DNA from: Verrucomicrobiota bacterium | GTDB lineage: Bacteria > Verrucomicrobiota > Verrucomicrobiia > Chthoniobacterales > JAFAMB01 | Direction of reading: 5' to 3' | Assembly: GCA_019236675.1 (NCBI GenBank) | Contig: JAFAIO010000485.1 | Location: forward strand, 1 to 46,496 | Length of the DNA stretch: 46,496 bases | In this document: in pieces, positions 18,511 through 28,879 of the stretch | Numbering within the stretch: the first letter of the stretch is position 1 | Layout: every line of letters starts with the position of its first letter | Notes under the pieces: generated by a model | Seen by the model: the letters and a program-made list of their open reading frames with translations, nothing else | What the model was told of the DNA's origin: nothing | Databases searched by the model: none | Translations under genes and position numbers: made by a program

Positions 18511-20169
18511 ATGATTGGTGTGTCGGTCGATGCAGGTGAGCGCGACATCGTGATGGAGTTCTTCGAACTGTTCAAGACTCCGTGGGAATTTTGCCGGCCC
18601 GATGAGCAATATGACGTGGTGTTGTGCACTTCGAATATTTCCCGTTGCAACGCGTCGCGATTGCTTTTGGTTTTCGAGAGCGGGGCAATCCCGTTTGACA
18701 AACAACATCGAATCAAGGGCAGACCGCGGGCTGGGGGGCTCATTATTTCTGACGAAGGGAAACGCTTGCCGATCTATGGCCCACTAACAACCTTTCCTAA
18801 TAGTCCAGATTGGGTGTTGAAGGAAGAAACGACTCAAGAGCCGGCGGCTTTTGTTAGGCGATCTGGAAGCACAACGGTTTTGCGGGTTGGCTATAACCTG
18901 TTCAATGAGGTTCGTCATCTACTCACGGTTGGCCAACCGGTTGCCAACGCTGGAATTCCGACGCTCGAGGAGCATATCGGATGGCTGCGCGATTGGATTA
19001 CTATGGCAGGGGTTCCGTCGGTGGAAATACCTCCAGTTCCCGATGGTTACAATTTTGTTAGTTGTCTTACACACGATATCGACCATCCGGCGCTGCGGAA
19101 CCATTGGTGCGATCACACCATGTTTGGGTTCCTCTATCGGTCGACGATCGGGACTTTAGTAAACGTCTGCCGGGGTAGGAAACCGTTCAAAAGTCTGTGG
19201 AGAAACTGGGGGGCGGCCTGGCGCCTGCCGTTAGTCCACCTTGAGATGGCCACTGATTTTTGGGCCGGATTTGATCGCTACCTCGAATTGGAACACGGGC
19301 ACGGCGCCACGTTCTTTGTCATCCCGCGCAGGGATTATGCGGGTCGCACGACGAACGGTCCAGCGCCATCCGCCCGCGCCTGCCGCTACGACATTGAACA
19401 GCTTCTTCCCAAACTAAAGAGAATCATTTCAGAAGGCTGTGAGGTTGGTGTGCATGGTCTCGACGCATGGCTCGATGTCGAAGAGGGCCGCAATGAACGC
19501 GAGCATTTGTCGCAATCGATCGGGACCGGGGAGCTTGGCGTGCGGATGCACTGGCTATTCTTCAATGAAAACTCTCCGGTTGTGCTGGAACGCGCCGGAT
19601 TTAGTTACGACGCGACTGTGGGCTACAATGAGACGATCGGTTATCGAGCGGGCACGACGCAGGTGTATAAACCGCCCGGGGTTGCGAAACTACTGGAGTT
19701 GCCATTGCACGTGATGGACACCGCATTGTTCTACCCGGGCTACTTAAATCTCAGCGAGTATGAGGCCGAACGATTAGTCCTTGGCCTGCTGAATGACGCG
19801 CAGCGTATCGGCGGTGCGCTTACCATCAATTGGCATGACCGTAGTATCGCTCCCGAAAGGCTATGGGGTGATTTCTATCTGCGATTGCTGCGCGAATTGA
19901 ATAACCGGGGAGCTTGGTTGCCCAATGCGGCGATGGCCGTTGCCTGGTTTAGAAAGCGGCGGTCTGCGGCAATCGAATGGAGCTGGTCCGGTACCGGTAC
20001 AATCCGGGTGAAAGGCTCGCTGGATACGGCCGATACGCTACCCAGCCTCAAAATTCGAGTCTTCAAACCTCGAGCCCAGTCGCTATCGGAGCCTGTGGGC
20101 GCACGAAGACCGCCAGAGTTTCTCGAGCAGCGATTCAACAGAACAACAGATCTAAATTTTGCGGTATGA
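18511..20169 (+). CDS. Polysaccharide deacetylase-like (NodB/CE4-fold) protein; start uncertain (18439 or 18511)
   Basis: LTHDIDHP, ATFFVIP, EVGVHG, GVRMHWL, GFSYDATVG, ELPLHVMD, INWH motifs. Confidence 0.78.
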   Translation: MIGVSVDAGERDIVMEFFELFKTPWEFCRPDEQYDVVLCTSNISRCNASRLLLVFESGAIPFDKQHRIKGRPRAGGLIISDEGKRLPIYGPLTTFPNSPDWVLKEETTQEPAAFVRRSGSTTVLRVGYNLFNEVRHLLTVGQPVANAGIPTLEEHIGWLRDWITMAGVPSVEIPPVPDGYNFVSCLTHDIDHPALRNHWCDHTMFGFLYRSTIGTLVNVCRGRKPFKSLWRNWGAAWRLPLVHLEMATDFWAGFDRYLELEHGHGATFFVIPRRDYAGRTTNGPAPSARACRYDIEQLLPKLKRIISEGCEVGVHGLDAWLDVEEGRNEREHLSQSIGTGELGVRMHWLFFNENSPVVLERAGFSYDATVGYNETIGYRAGTTQVYKPPGVAKLLELPLHVMDTALFYPGYLNLSEYEAERLVLGLLNDAQRIGGALTINWHDRSIAPERLWGDFYLRLLRELNNRGAWLPNAAMAVAWFRKRRSAAIEWSWSGTGTIRVKGSLDTADTLPSLKIRVFKPRAQSLSEPVGARRPPEFLEQRFNRTTDLNFAV

Positions 20170-21173
20170 CCTGGAACGGGACAGTACTAGCTCAACTCGG
20201 CTGTGGGTATTGGGGACCGAACTTGCTTCGGAACTTTTCCTCATTACCAAATTGTCGAGTTAAATACGTGGTGGATTCAAGCTCAGACCGGCGCGCGTTT
20301 GTGGAAGCTAACTTTCCCAAAACGCTCAGTGTTCATTCGGTTGATCAGGCGTTGTCTGACCCGGACGTGACTGGAGTTGTTATTGCGACGCCGGCTGAGA
20401 CGCACTTCCAGTTAGCCAAGCAAGCGCTGCTGGCCGGGAAGCATGTGTTTGTCGAAAAGCCTCTCGCCACAAGAGTGACAGAGGTGGATGAGTTGGACCG
20501 ACTAGCGAAGGAGCGTGAACTCGTGGTGATGGCGGGTCATACTTTCATCTACAACGCGGCGGTACGCTATGTGAAGAAGCTGCTGGACGCGGGAGAATTG
20601 GGAGAAATCCGTTATATTTATACTCAGCGGCTCAATCTGGGACGGATTCGTTCCGACATCGACGCACTTTGGAACTTTGCGCCTCATGATATCAGCATCA
20701 TCCAATACTGGCTTGACGATCCGGAACCGGTCTCAGTTCATCGCGTGGGTATGGACTTTATCCAGAAGGGTATCGATGATGTCGTTTTCCTTAGCATTGT
20801 CTATCCACAAAAGGTGATAGCCAACATTCACGTTAGCTGGCTCGATCCTCAGAAGGTCCGTAAAATAATCGTGGTTGGTTCTCGGAAGATGGTTGTCTAT
20901 GACGACGTCGCCGAAGACAAGATTGCTATCTATGACAAGGGGATCGACAGGAAAGCGGTCCTCGGTCAGAACATGGATTTTGACAATCCACGACCTGAAC
21001 AGTTTAGCTATCGCAGCGGCGACATCCTAATGCCACAAATCCAATTCACCGAGCCTTTGCGCGCCGAAGCGGAATCTTTTGTGGAGTCTATTTGGAACGG
21101 CAAGAAACCGATCACCGGTATACCGCACGCGCGCCAAGTGGTGGGCATATTGGAACAGGCAGCCAAAGGTTAG
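20166..21173 (+). CDS. Gfo/Idh/MocA oxidoreductase, copy 2 (start ATG 20166, ATGA overlap)
   Basis: LGCGYWGPNLLRNF, GKHVFVEKP, WNFAPHD; clear paralog of 12568-13662. Confidence 0.9.
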   Translation: MTWNGTVLAQLGCGYWGPNLLRNFSSLPNCRVKYVVDSSSDRRAFVEANFPKTLSVHSVDQALSDPDVTGVVIATPAETHFQLAKQALLAGKHVFVEKPLATRVTEVDELDRLAKERELVVMAGHTFIYNAAVRYVKKLLDAGELGEIRYIYTQRLNLGRIRSDIDALWNFAPHDISIIQYWLDDPEPVSVHRVGMDFIQKGIDDVVFLSIVYPQKVIANIHVSWLDPQKVRKIIVVGSRKMVVYDDVAEDKIAIYDKGIDRKAVLGQNMDFDNPRPEQFSYRSGDILMPQIQFTEPLRAEAESFVESIWNGKKPITGIPHARQVVGILEQAAKG

Positions 21174-21222
21174 TATCTATTCGCGCTATTGCGCTGAGAT
21201 TTGCCCGTTAAAAGCGCCGTCT

Positions 21223-21699
21223 ATGCAGAACGCAGCTAATCAACCGACACTTCGTCACGTTGGTATCGTTGACGTCAGCTTCGGAGAGCGAGTAACCGTG
21301 GTTGAGCCGGTGAACCTATACGGTTGCGCAATTGGTGATGACAGTTTTATCGGACCCTTTGTCGAGATCCAACGTGAGGTCAGCATCGGGAAACGGTGCC
21401 GGATTCAGTCGCACGCCTTTGTGTGCGAGCTAGTCCAAATCGGGGATGATTGCTTCATCTCGCATGGCGCCATGTTTATTAACGATCTGTTTTCGACTGG
21501 TGGCCCGGCAAAAGGGCGACGCGATCTCTGGCGTTCAACAAAGATCGGAACCGGAGTCAGCATCGGCACCAACGCCACGATACTGCCGGTCTCGATCTGC
21601 GACCACGTGGTCGTAGGCGCTGGAGCTGTCGTTACCAAAGACATCACAGTACCCGGGGTTTACCTGGGTAATCCTGCGCGTCTGCATCGGCCTCTGTAG
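21223..21699 (+). CDS. Hexapeptide-repeat (left-handed beta-helix) sugar N-acetyltransferase, WbpD/WlbB-like
   Basis: NLYGCAIGDDSFIGPFVEIQ, IGKRCRIQSH, IGDDCFISHG, FIND, GAGAVVTKDI, GNPAR. Confidence 0.92.
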   Translation: MQNAANQPTLRHVGIVDVSFGERVTVVEPVNLYGCAIGDDSFIGPFVEIQREVSIGKRCRIQSHAFVCELVQIGDDCFISHGAMFINDLFSTGGPAKGRRDLWRSTKIGTGVSIGTNATILPVSICDHVVVGAGAVVTKDITVPGVYLGNPARLHRPL

Positions 21700-21765
21700 C
21701 CAAACCCCCAAAGCGAACACGCACTCAGCTGCACCGGGAACGGTCAGAAGCGCACCGTAAATTTT

Positions 21766-22884
21766 ATGAGAGTCCCCTTTGTTGACCTACACTCACAGTA
21801 TTTAAGTATTAAGTCTGCAATCGATGAAGCGATCGCGGGAGTAATTGCAGAATCGGCCTTTGTTCGGGGCCGGCATGTGGATGCGTTTGAGGAGGCCTGG
21901 GCCAATACTCTGGGCGTCAAACACTGTGTTTCCTGTGCTAATGGAACCGACGCGCTTTATATCGCGATGCGCGGATTGGGGGTCAAACCAGGAGATGAAG
22001 TGATCACCACGGCTCACTCGTGGATTTCAACGTCAGAGACGATCACCCAGGCGGGAGCCCGCGTAGTATTCTGCGATACGGACAACAAGACATTTACATT
22101 AGATCCTGGTTCGATTGAATCGAAGATTACTCATCGAACAGTTGGGATCATTCCTGTGCATCTCTATGGTCAGCCTGCGGATATGGATCCCATCATGTCG
22201 ATTGCAAAAAAGCACAATCTCTGGGTGATCGAGGATTGTGCTCAGGCGCACCTGGCGCGATACGGTGGGAAGCTGGTCGGGACCTTCGGAAATGCTGCGA
22301 CTTTTTCCTTTTATCCCGGCAAGAATCTGGGCGCATTCGGCGATGCTGGCTGTATTATCACAAACGACGACAGCCTGGCCGATTGGACTACGACTTATGC
22401 CCGGCACGGCGGAAAAGGCGAGCACGTGATTGAAGGAATCAATAGCCGGCTCGACGGGTTGCAAGCGGCTATACTAAAGGTGAAACTTCCACATTTGCCC
22501 GCGTGGACAGAAGCGCGCCGTCGGGTGGCGTCACAATATGATAAATTGTTTTCCGGCATTGAAGGATTGCTTACACCGGAAGTCGCTCCAGGCCGTGACC
22601 ATGTTTATCATCTTTATGTCATTCGGACCGACGAGCGAGACGCTCTGAAGAAACATTTGACTGACGCCGGCATATCGACTGTGCTTAGCTATCCGAAGGC
22701 GTTGCCCTTCTATCCTGCATATGCCTACCTTGCGCACGAACCGGAAGACTTTCCTGTGGCCTACGCCAATCAGTCGAGAATACTTTCGTTACCAATCTAT
22801 CCAGAGATTGGTGATGAAATGGTTGCGTACGTAGTCGACAAGATCGCCGAGTTCCATTCACGGTTAGCTCCGGTGTCAGCATAA
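21766..22884 (+). CDS. DegT/DnrJ/EryC1/StrS sugar aminotransferase, copy 2
   Basis: [58 protein letters not shown]. Confidence 0.95.
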   Translation: MRVPFVDLHSQYLSIKSAIDEAIAGVIAESAFVRGRHVDAFEEAWANTLGVKHCVSCANGTDALYIAMRGLGVKPGDEVITTAHSWISTSETITQAGARVVFCDTDNKTFTLDPGSIESKITHRTVGIIPVHLYGQPADMDPIMSIAKKHNLWVIEDCAQAHLARYGGKLVGTFGNAATFSFYPGKNLGAFGDAGCIITNDDSLADWTTTYARHGGKGEHVIEGINSRLDGLQAAILKVKLPHLPAWTEARRRVASQYDKLFSGIEGLLTPEVAPGRDHVYHLYVIRTDERDALKKHLTDAGISTVLSYPKALPFYPAYAYLAHEPEDFPVAYANQSRILSLPIYPEIGDEMVAYVVDKIAEFHSRLAPVSA

Positions 22885-23032
22885 TAATGTTTGTGAACCG
22901 GCTCGCCTGACCGCTACCGATGGTCCACCTAGCCAGGTTGCCGAATTGCATGACCAGAAGCGGTCGAATCGTTGAAGAGACAGAAACGGTGGTAACCCCG
23001 TCGGTCCGTTCTACTAGTTCCGTTCAAGCTGT

Positions 23033-24406
23033 ATGCACCTGCCGCCGATAGTCGCGCTGTGGCTTACATTTGGGTTGATCTTCTTCCTTTTTCGGCGGCA
23101 AGTCCTGGAAAAGAGTGAGGTAAGTCCCGCCCTATGGCTCCCTTTGATCTGGCTTCTGATCAATGGGTCTAGGTCCCCCGGTCAGTGGCTCAACCTGGAC
23201 GCCGGCGCGGTAATAACATCAGGGGAAGACGGAAGTCCGCTTGACGCTACTTTTTATTTTGCATTGATTGTAGCCGGGTACGCTGTACTCAGGCGAAGAG
23301 GCGTGGACCTACTGACGTTTGCTCGAAACAATCGCTGGCTGACGGCTTTTCTGATGTATAGCTTAATTTCAATCCTTTGGTCGGACTTTCCCCTTGTCGC
23401 TTTTAAACGGTGGATCAAGATCCTAGGGCACCCGATCATGGTTCTTGTGATTTTAACAGATCCCGTTCCTCTGGAGGCAGTAAAGAGACTGCTGAAGAGA
23501 ATCGCTTATGTGTTGGTGCCTCTCTCGATCTGTTTCATAAAATATTTCCCGCAATACGGTCGTGGGTTCGACTCTTGGACAGGCCAAGGTTTCAACGGCG
23601 GTGTGGCCCTAAACAAGAACGAACTCGGTCTCTTGTGTCTGATCTTTGGGATCTTCTTTTTTTGGAGCATACTGCAAACGCTTAAAATCAAAAATCGCCG
23701 GACGCGCCGAAAAGAGCTGATCTTGGATATAGGTTTCTTTGTGTTGAATTGGTGGCTTCTAGCTGAGGCGTCGAGTGCCACTTCGTTAGTCACGATGCTC
23801 TTGGGGATCGCCGTGATCTGGTTCGTCGGACTTAGGTTTGTTGACAAGCGGTACGTCGGTTTTTACCTGATCGCCGCCGTACTAGTGTTCGCCGCTTTGG
23901 AACCGTTCTTTGGGATTTACACGCAGGTCGTTAAAGGACTTGGCCGGAATCTCAATCTGACAGACAGAACCGATATCTGGCAGTCGGTTTTGAAGCTTCA
24001 AGATAACCCAATTTTTGGTAGGGGATTCGAAAGCTTTTGGTTAGGCAGCCGGCTGGACACGCTTTGGGTGCAATTCCCTTTTCACCCCATACAGGCTCAC
24101 AATGGATACATTGAGACCTATCTTAATCTGGGATGGATCGGGATCGCGCTGTTGGTCGGGCAGTTTGTCGGAACTTTCCTGAAGATCCAGCGAGAACTAG
24201 TCAGGCGATTTGAGTTTGCTCGCCTTAGGTTAGCGTTTCTTCTGGCGATTATCGTTTTCAACTATACTGAAGCTGCCTTCGTAAACACTTCCTTCGTCTG
24301 GACGATGTTTTTCCTGATTGCGGTTGACTATCCAAACGCCCGTCAGCACTTCTCGAGGTCTGTTCCTAGCCAAACGAGGCGAAAATTGGTACCGGCCGGA
24401 GTGTAG
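23033..24406 (+). CDS. O-antigen ligase / Wzy polymerase family membrane protein
   Basis: About 11-12 TM helices; NKNELG, SSATS, LTDRTDIW, PIFGRGFESFW, QAHNGYIETYLNLGWIG. Confidence 0.88.
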   Translation: MHLPPIVALWLTFGLIFFLFRRQVLEKSEVSPALWLPLIWLLINGSRSPGQWLNLDAGAVITSGEDGSPLDATFYFALIVAGYAVLRRRGVDLLTFARNNRWLTAFLMYSLISILWSDFPLVAFKRWIKILGHPIMVLVILTDPVPLEAVKRLLKRIAYVLVPLSICFIKYFPQYGRGFDSWTGQGFNGGVALNKNELGLLCLIFGIFFFWSILQTLKIKNRRTRRKELILDIGFFVLNWWLLAEASSATSLVTMLLGIAVIWFVGLRFVDKRYVGFYLIAAVLVFAALEPFFGIYTQVVKGLGRNLNLTDRTDIWQSVLKLQDNPIFGRGFESFWLGSRLDTLWVQFPFHPIQAHNGYIETYLNLGWIGIALLVGQFVGTFLKIQRELVRRFEFARLRLAFLLAIIVFNYTEAAFVNTSFVWTMFFLIAVDYPNARQHFSRSVPSQTRRKLVPAGV

Positions 24407-24470
24407 CCTCAAAGGTTTCCTTGACTGATATTATCGCTGTCGTCGGAGAACATTACCTTTGGATACTGAA

Positions 24471-25523
24471 ATGGATGCAAAGTATCTAGTTTCGCCCAGT
24501 GATCGCATCTTGGTAACCGGGTCGAGCGGATTCATTGGTGCGAAAGTCGTTGAAACCGTTCTGGAATATGGTTTCACAAATGTCCGCTGTTTCGTACGAC
24601 CTTCTAGCGATTTGAGTAGGCTGAAAGAGATACTCGGTCGGTCTCAACGCGGTGACGGCGTCGAGCTAGTTTGTGGCGATCTACTTTCGCGAAATGATTG
24701 CGAGAAAGCGGCCGATGGTGTTTCAGTTATTTATCATTTGGCTGCTGGATTTGATAAGTCCTTTGCCGGAGCATTCATGAACTCGGCCCTGGCGACTCGC
24801 AACCTGATGGAAGCGTTTATGCAACACGGGGAGCCGAAGCGTTTTGTGAATGTTAGCTCTTTTGCCGTTTACTCGAACTTGAAATTGAAACGAGGGGCAG
24901 TGCTTGACGAATCCTGCCCGCTAGAAGATGCCCCGCAGGAGCGTTATGACGCTTACGGGTTCGGCAAGCTGAAACAGGAAGAGTTGGTCGAGGAATATGG
25001 GAACAAACATAAATTGTCGTATGTTATCCTGCGACCGGGAACCGTGTTTGGACCCGGCAAGCGGGATTTAAGCGGTCGCATTGGAATCGACACCTTCGGC
25101 TTCTTTATCCAAGTCGGCGGCTCAAACCTCTTGCCGCTGACGTTTGTGGACAACTGCGCGGAAGCGGTCGTATTGTCAGGTTTAAAGGCTGGCGTGGATG
25201 GGGAGATCTTCAACGTTGTCGATGACCAGCTTCTCACCAGCGGGCAATTTCTTCGCGCGTACAAGAAGCGCGTGAAGCCTTTTTTCTCGGTGCGAATTCC
25301 ATACGCATTAGCATATTGGGTATGCGCCCTGTGGGAAAAGTATTCCAAGTGGTCGAAGGGGCAGCTCCCGCCGGCTTTCAATCGTCGGCGTTGTGCTGCT
25401 GAATGGAAAGGTAACCGTTATTCGAATCGGAAATTGCGAGAACGGTTGGGTTGGAGACCGAGAGTAAACCTGGACAGGGCGTTGGCTGCGTTTTTGGCGC
25501 AATTCCAATCACAGGAAAGTTAA
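24471..25523 (+). CDS. NAD-dependent epimerase/dehydratase (extended SDR); start 24459 or 24471
   Basis: ILVTGSSGFIG, IYHLAA, VNVSSFAVY, YGFGK (YxxxK), LRPGTVFGP. Confidence 0.9.
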   Translation: MDAKYLVSPSDRILVTGSSGFIGAKVVETVLEYGFTNVRCFVRPSSDLSRLKEILGRSQRGDGVELVCGDLLSRNDCEKAADGVSVIYHLAAGFDKSFAGAFMNSALATRNLMEAFMQHGEPKRFVNVSSFAVYSNLKLKRGAVLDESCPLEDAPQERYDAYGFGKLKQEELVEEYGNKHKLSYVILRPGTVFGPGKRDLSGRIGIDTFGFFIQVGGSNLLPLTFVDNCAEAVVLSGLKAGVDGEIFNVVDDQLLTSGQFLRAYKKRVKPFFSVRIPYALAYWVCALWEKYSKWSKGQLPPAFNRRRCAAEWKGNRYSNRKLRERLGWRPRVNLDRALAAFLAQFQSQES

Positions 25524-25526
25524 TTC

Positions 25527-26645
25527 ATGCTTCGCATCGCTATCGTTGGCTGCGGTAAGATTGCCGATCAGCATGTTCAGGCTATCTCGCGTGTCCCGGA
25601 CTGCCAGATCGTGTCGGTGTGCGACCGGGAGTTTTTGATGGCCCGGCAACTTGGCGAACGTGCGGGCGTCTCTCATTGCTTTTCCGATTTAGGGGAATTG
25701 CTGAAGACGACTTCTCCGAATGTTGTTCATATTACCACACCGCCCCAGAGTCATTATCTACTCGCCAGGCAGTGCCTCGAGTCAGGAAGCCATGTCTATC
25801 TGGAAAAGCCGTTTACGGTGACGGCCAGCGAAGCGAAGACCCTGCTTCAACTTGCTGAAACGCGCGGCCTAAAAATTACGGCCGGTCACAACTATCAGTT
25901 TACGCCCGAGATGCTCGAAATGCGTCGACTGATAGAGCAGGGATTTCTCGGCGGGAAACCCGTGCATCTGGAAAGCTACTATTCCTATGATTTAGGAGAC
26001 GCAACTTATGTTGCGCCGCTTCTAGGGAATCGCTCCCATTGGGTGAGGCAGCTACCAGGTCAATTGCTTCATAATGTCATCAGCCATGGGATCGCGAGAT
26101 TAGCTGAATTCCTTGATGACGGTCTCGTCGAGATCACAGCCAGCGCGCACCAGAGCGACAGGCTTCGAAACCTCGGTGGAGAAGAAGTCCTTGATGAACT
26201 GCGCGTGATGATTCGCGACAAGAGTGGCACGACCGCTTTCTTCTGCTTCTCCACTCAGATTCAACCAGGTCTGAGTGAGTTCCGGGTTTGTGGACCGCTC
26301 AACTCGATTCTGGTGGATCAAGTCGCTGGCAGCCTGATCCGGAATCAGAAGCGGGCTTGTAAGAGTTATCTTACGTTTTTCTTACCGCCTTTGTGGAGTG
26401 CGATGGAGCACCTCCGGAACGGGCGACGAAATATTCTTAATTTCTTAGGAAGGAAACTGTACCAGGATTCCGGAATGACTGAACTGGTTCGCCGTTTTTA
26501 TCAAAGCATCCGAGATGGCACTCCTTTGCCAATCCCGCACCGCGAGATCCTGCTAACGGCTCGAGTCATGGATGAAATTTTCTCCCGAATCTATTCGGGA
26601 AGCGAAGTAGCTGAAAAAGAACAAACCGAGTTTTCTGTGGTATGA
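25527..26645 (+). CDS. Gfo/Idh/MocA oxidoreductase (third, divergent)
   Basis: IAIVGCGKIA, VHITTPPQSH, HVYLEKP. Confidence 0.88.
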   Translation: MLRIAIVGCGKIADQHVQAISRVPDCQIVSVCDREFLMARQLGERAGVSHCFSDLGELLKTTSPNVVHITTPPQSHYLLARQCLESGSHVYLEKPFTVTASEAKTLLQLAETRGLKITAGHNYQFTPEMLEMRRLIEQGFLGGKPVHLESYYSYDLGDATYVAPLLGNRSHWVRQLPGQLLHNVISHGIARLAEFLDDGLVEITASAHQSDRLRNLGGEEVLDELRVMIRDKSGTTAFFCFSTQIQPGLSEFRVCGPLNSILVDQVAGSLIRNQKRACKSYLTFFLPPLWSAMEHLRNGRRNILNFLGRKLYQDSGMTELVRRFYQSIRDGTPLPIPHREILLTARVMDEIFSRIYSGSEVAEKEQTEFSVV

Positions 26646-27553
26646 ACTACGTCCTAATTACTTCCGCTAGGAATGAGGAGAAGTTCATTGAAAGCACAAT
26701 TCGTTCGGTCGTCGCCCAGACTCAACTTCCTGAAAGATGGATTGTTGTGGACGATGGATCGACGGATAGCACGGCGCTGATCGTCGATAGATATTTGAAG
26801 TCTTACCCTTGGATAGAACTACTCGCGCGACCGAATCGCCACGATCGTAGTTTCGCCGGGAAAGCTCATGCCGTAAATGCGGCGGTTGAGCGTCTGAAGG
26901 GCCTTGAAGTCGACGTGATCGGGAATCTCGACGCGGATGTTTCCTTCGAGCCCGGCTATATGGCGTTTGTGCTGGAGAAGTTCAAAGAGGATGCCGAGTT
27001 AGGCGTGGCCGGGACCCCCTTTACTGAGGAGGGATACGATTCGAGAAAAGACAGCTTTGAAGGAGAGAACTACGTGGCTGGACCATGCCAACTCTTCCGA
27101 TACAGCTGCTTTCGGCAGATCGGCGGATACGTAGCCAATAAGGCAGGTGGCGTCGACTGGATCGCAGTTATGACAGCTCGCATGCAAGGCTGGAAAGTGC
27201 GCTCGTTTCCTGAAAAAACCTTCCATCATCACAGATCCATGGGAACCGCAGAAAGGGGCGCGCACTCTGCACTCTTTTCGTATGGGGAAAAGGATTATTA
27301 CCTTGGCGGTTCACCTGTGTGGCAAATTTTTAGAGTAGCTTATCGAATGACCAAGAAACCCGTCATTACAGGCGGTCTAGCCCTCCTTTTGGGTTACTGC
27401 TTTGCGGCTCTGCGGCGAATGGAACGCCCGGTGACGCCCGAGTTGATGCGGTTTCACCGGCGAGAGCAAATGAAAAAACTGAAAGCAGTGCTTCGAACGC
27501 TCTTGAGCTTCAAGAAAGTGGACAATTTCTCCGTAGCGACTGCAGAGAGGTAG
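26642..27553 (+). CDS. Glycosyltransferase family 2
   Basis: LITSARNEEKFI, IVVDDGSTD, NLDAD (DxD); ATGA overlap with the upstream gene. Confidence 0.92.
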   Translation: MNYVLITSARNEEKFIESTIRSVVAQTQLPERWIVVDDGSTDSTALIVDRYLKSYPWIELLARPNRHDRSFAGKAHAVNAAVERLKGLEVDVIGNLDADVSFEPGYMAFVLEKFKEDAELGVAGTPFTEEGYDSRKDSFEGENYVAGPCQLFRYSCFRQIGGYVANKAGGVDWIAVMTARMQGWKVRSFPEKTFHHHRSMGTAERGAHSALFSYGEKDYYLGGSPVWQIFRVAYRMTKKPVITGGLALLLGYCFAALRRMERPVTPELMRFHRREQMKKLKAVLRTLLSFKKVDNFSVATAER

Positions 27554-27555
27554 CT

Positions 27556-28791
27556 ATGTTAGTACAACAGAGGACCGAATCTGATCTGCTGGCGGACAGA
27601 GTTTCATCCACTCTCCTATCCTTTACGGATTGGCTTCAAGCCTTTGGTGAGACTTCATTGGATCACCAAACTTTTTTTGCCGGGCCCGTTGGTGCGTTTG
27701 CCAAATCATTCTATTACCGGAATCCGAAGCTCGGGATTGCCGCTGTCGCTCCGATGATTTTTTGTGAAGCGTTCGTCCCATCGACGCGCCGCTTATTTTA
27801 CTCTCCGGTACGGTTCCCGATAGCTGACGCTCACTATGCAATGGGGTTCGCGTTTCTCTACGAGGCGACCAAGGAAACAGCCTTTTTTGAGCGAGCCATT
27901 CATTTCCTCAATGAACTGGAACAGACCCGGTCTCCCGATTACAAAGAGTATTGCTGGGGCTATCCATTCAACTGGGTCACTCGAAACGGTACGATTAGAA
28001 AACACACTCCCCTGATCACAAGTACGCCCTATGGCTATGAGGCGTTCCTGCACGTTTACCGCCTGGAGCCGCAGGCCGAATGGAAAAGCGTACTCGAGTC
28101 AGTTGCCCGGCACGCAATATCTGATATTAAAGATTTCAAAATCTCGGAAACGACGAGTAGCTGTTCTTATACTCCTTTTGATCAAGGAGGTGTAATCAAT
28201 GCCGCTGCCTATCGTTCTTTTTTGCTAACAAGTGCCTCAAAGCTTCTGGCTAATGATTCGTATTGGAAGATCGCCGAAGGCAATCTGAACTTTGTGCTAC
28301 AGAATCAGAATCAGGATGGCTCCTGGTATTATGCAGTCGACGGGGTCCGTGATTTTGTGGATCACTACCACACTTGTTTTGTGATGAAAGCGCTGGCTAA
28401 GATTCATACCCTGAACGGTCATCAGGGTTGCCTGGAGGCGCTTTCCAAAGGCGTGACTTATTATGTTGCCAACCTTTTCGACAGCGATGGGCTCCCGCGC
28501 CCATTTTCCAAAGCACCTCGTCTGACCGTGTATAAAAGGGAACTTTACGACTGTGCCGAGTGCATAAATTTGTGTCTGCTTCTGCGAGATCGGTTCCCGC
28601 AGTTAAATGAGACCCTGAACACGGTCGTTAGCGGCATTCTGAAAGACTGGATCAAACCGGATGGCTCTTTCCGGTCGCGCCGCCTGCATCTTGGCTGGGA
28701 CGACGTTCCGATGCACCGTTGGGGTCAGTCGCAGATGTTCCGTAGCCTTGCTTACTACCTTCGCGAAGCCCGGCAGGGTTCGCTGCTTTAG
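27556..28791 (+). CDS. Hypothetical protein, probable (alpha/alpha)6-barrel (six-hairpin glycosidase/epimerase-like)
   Basis: Helical repeats with aromatic loops: CWGYPFNW, QNQDGSWYY, DHYHTCF, KPDGSF, HRWGQSQM; fold assignment is inference. Confidence 0.6.
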   Translation: MLVQQRTESDLLADRVSSTLLSFTDWLQAFGETSLDHQTFFAGPVGAFAKSFYYRNPKLGIAAVAPMIFCEAFVPSTRRLFYSPVRFPIADAHYAMGFAFLYEATKETAFFERAIHFLNELEQTRSPDYKEYCWGYPFNWVTRNGTIRKHTPLITSTPYGYEAFLHVYRLEPQAEWKSVLESVARHAISDIKDFKISETTSSCSYTPFDQGGVINAAAYRSFLLTSASKLLANDSYWKIAEGNLNFVLQNQNQDGSWYYAVDGVRDFVDHYHTCFVMKALAKIHTLNGHQGCLEALSKGVTYYVANLFDSDGLPRPFSKAPRLTVYKRELYDCAECINLCLLLRDRFPQLNETLNTVVSGILKDWIKPDGSFRSRRLHLGWDDVPMHRWGQSQMFRSLAYYLREARQGSLL

Positions 28792-28879
28792 CACACGCAC
28801 TAAACGAAAACGGAGTAACCGAAACCCGCATTGCGGACCCACTTTTTGCCTATGGTTAGCACGTTATCCTAAGGGACCT

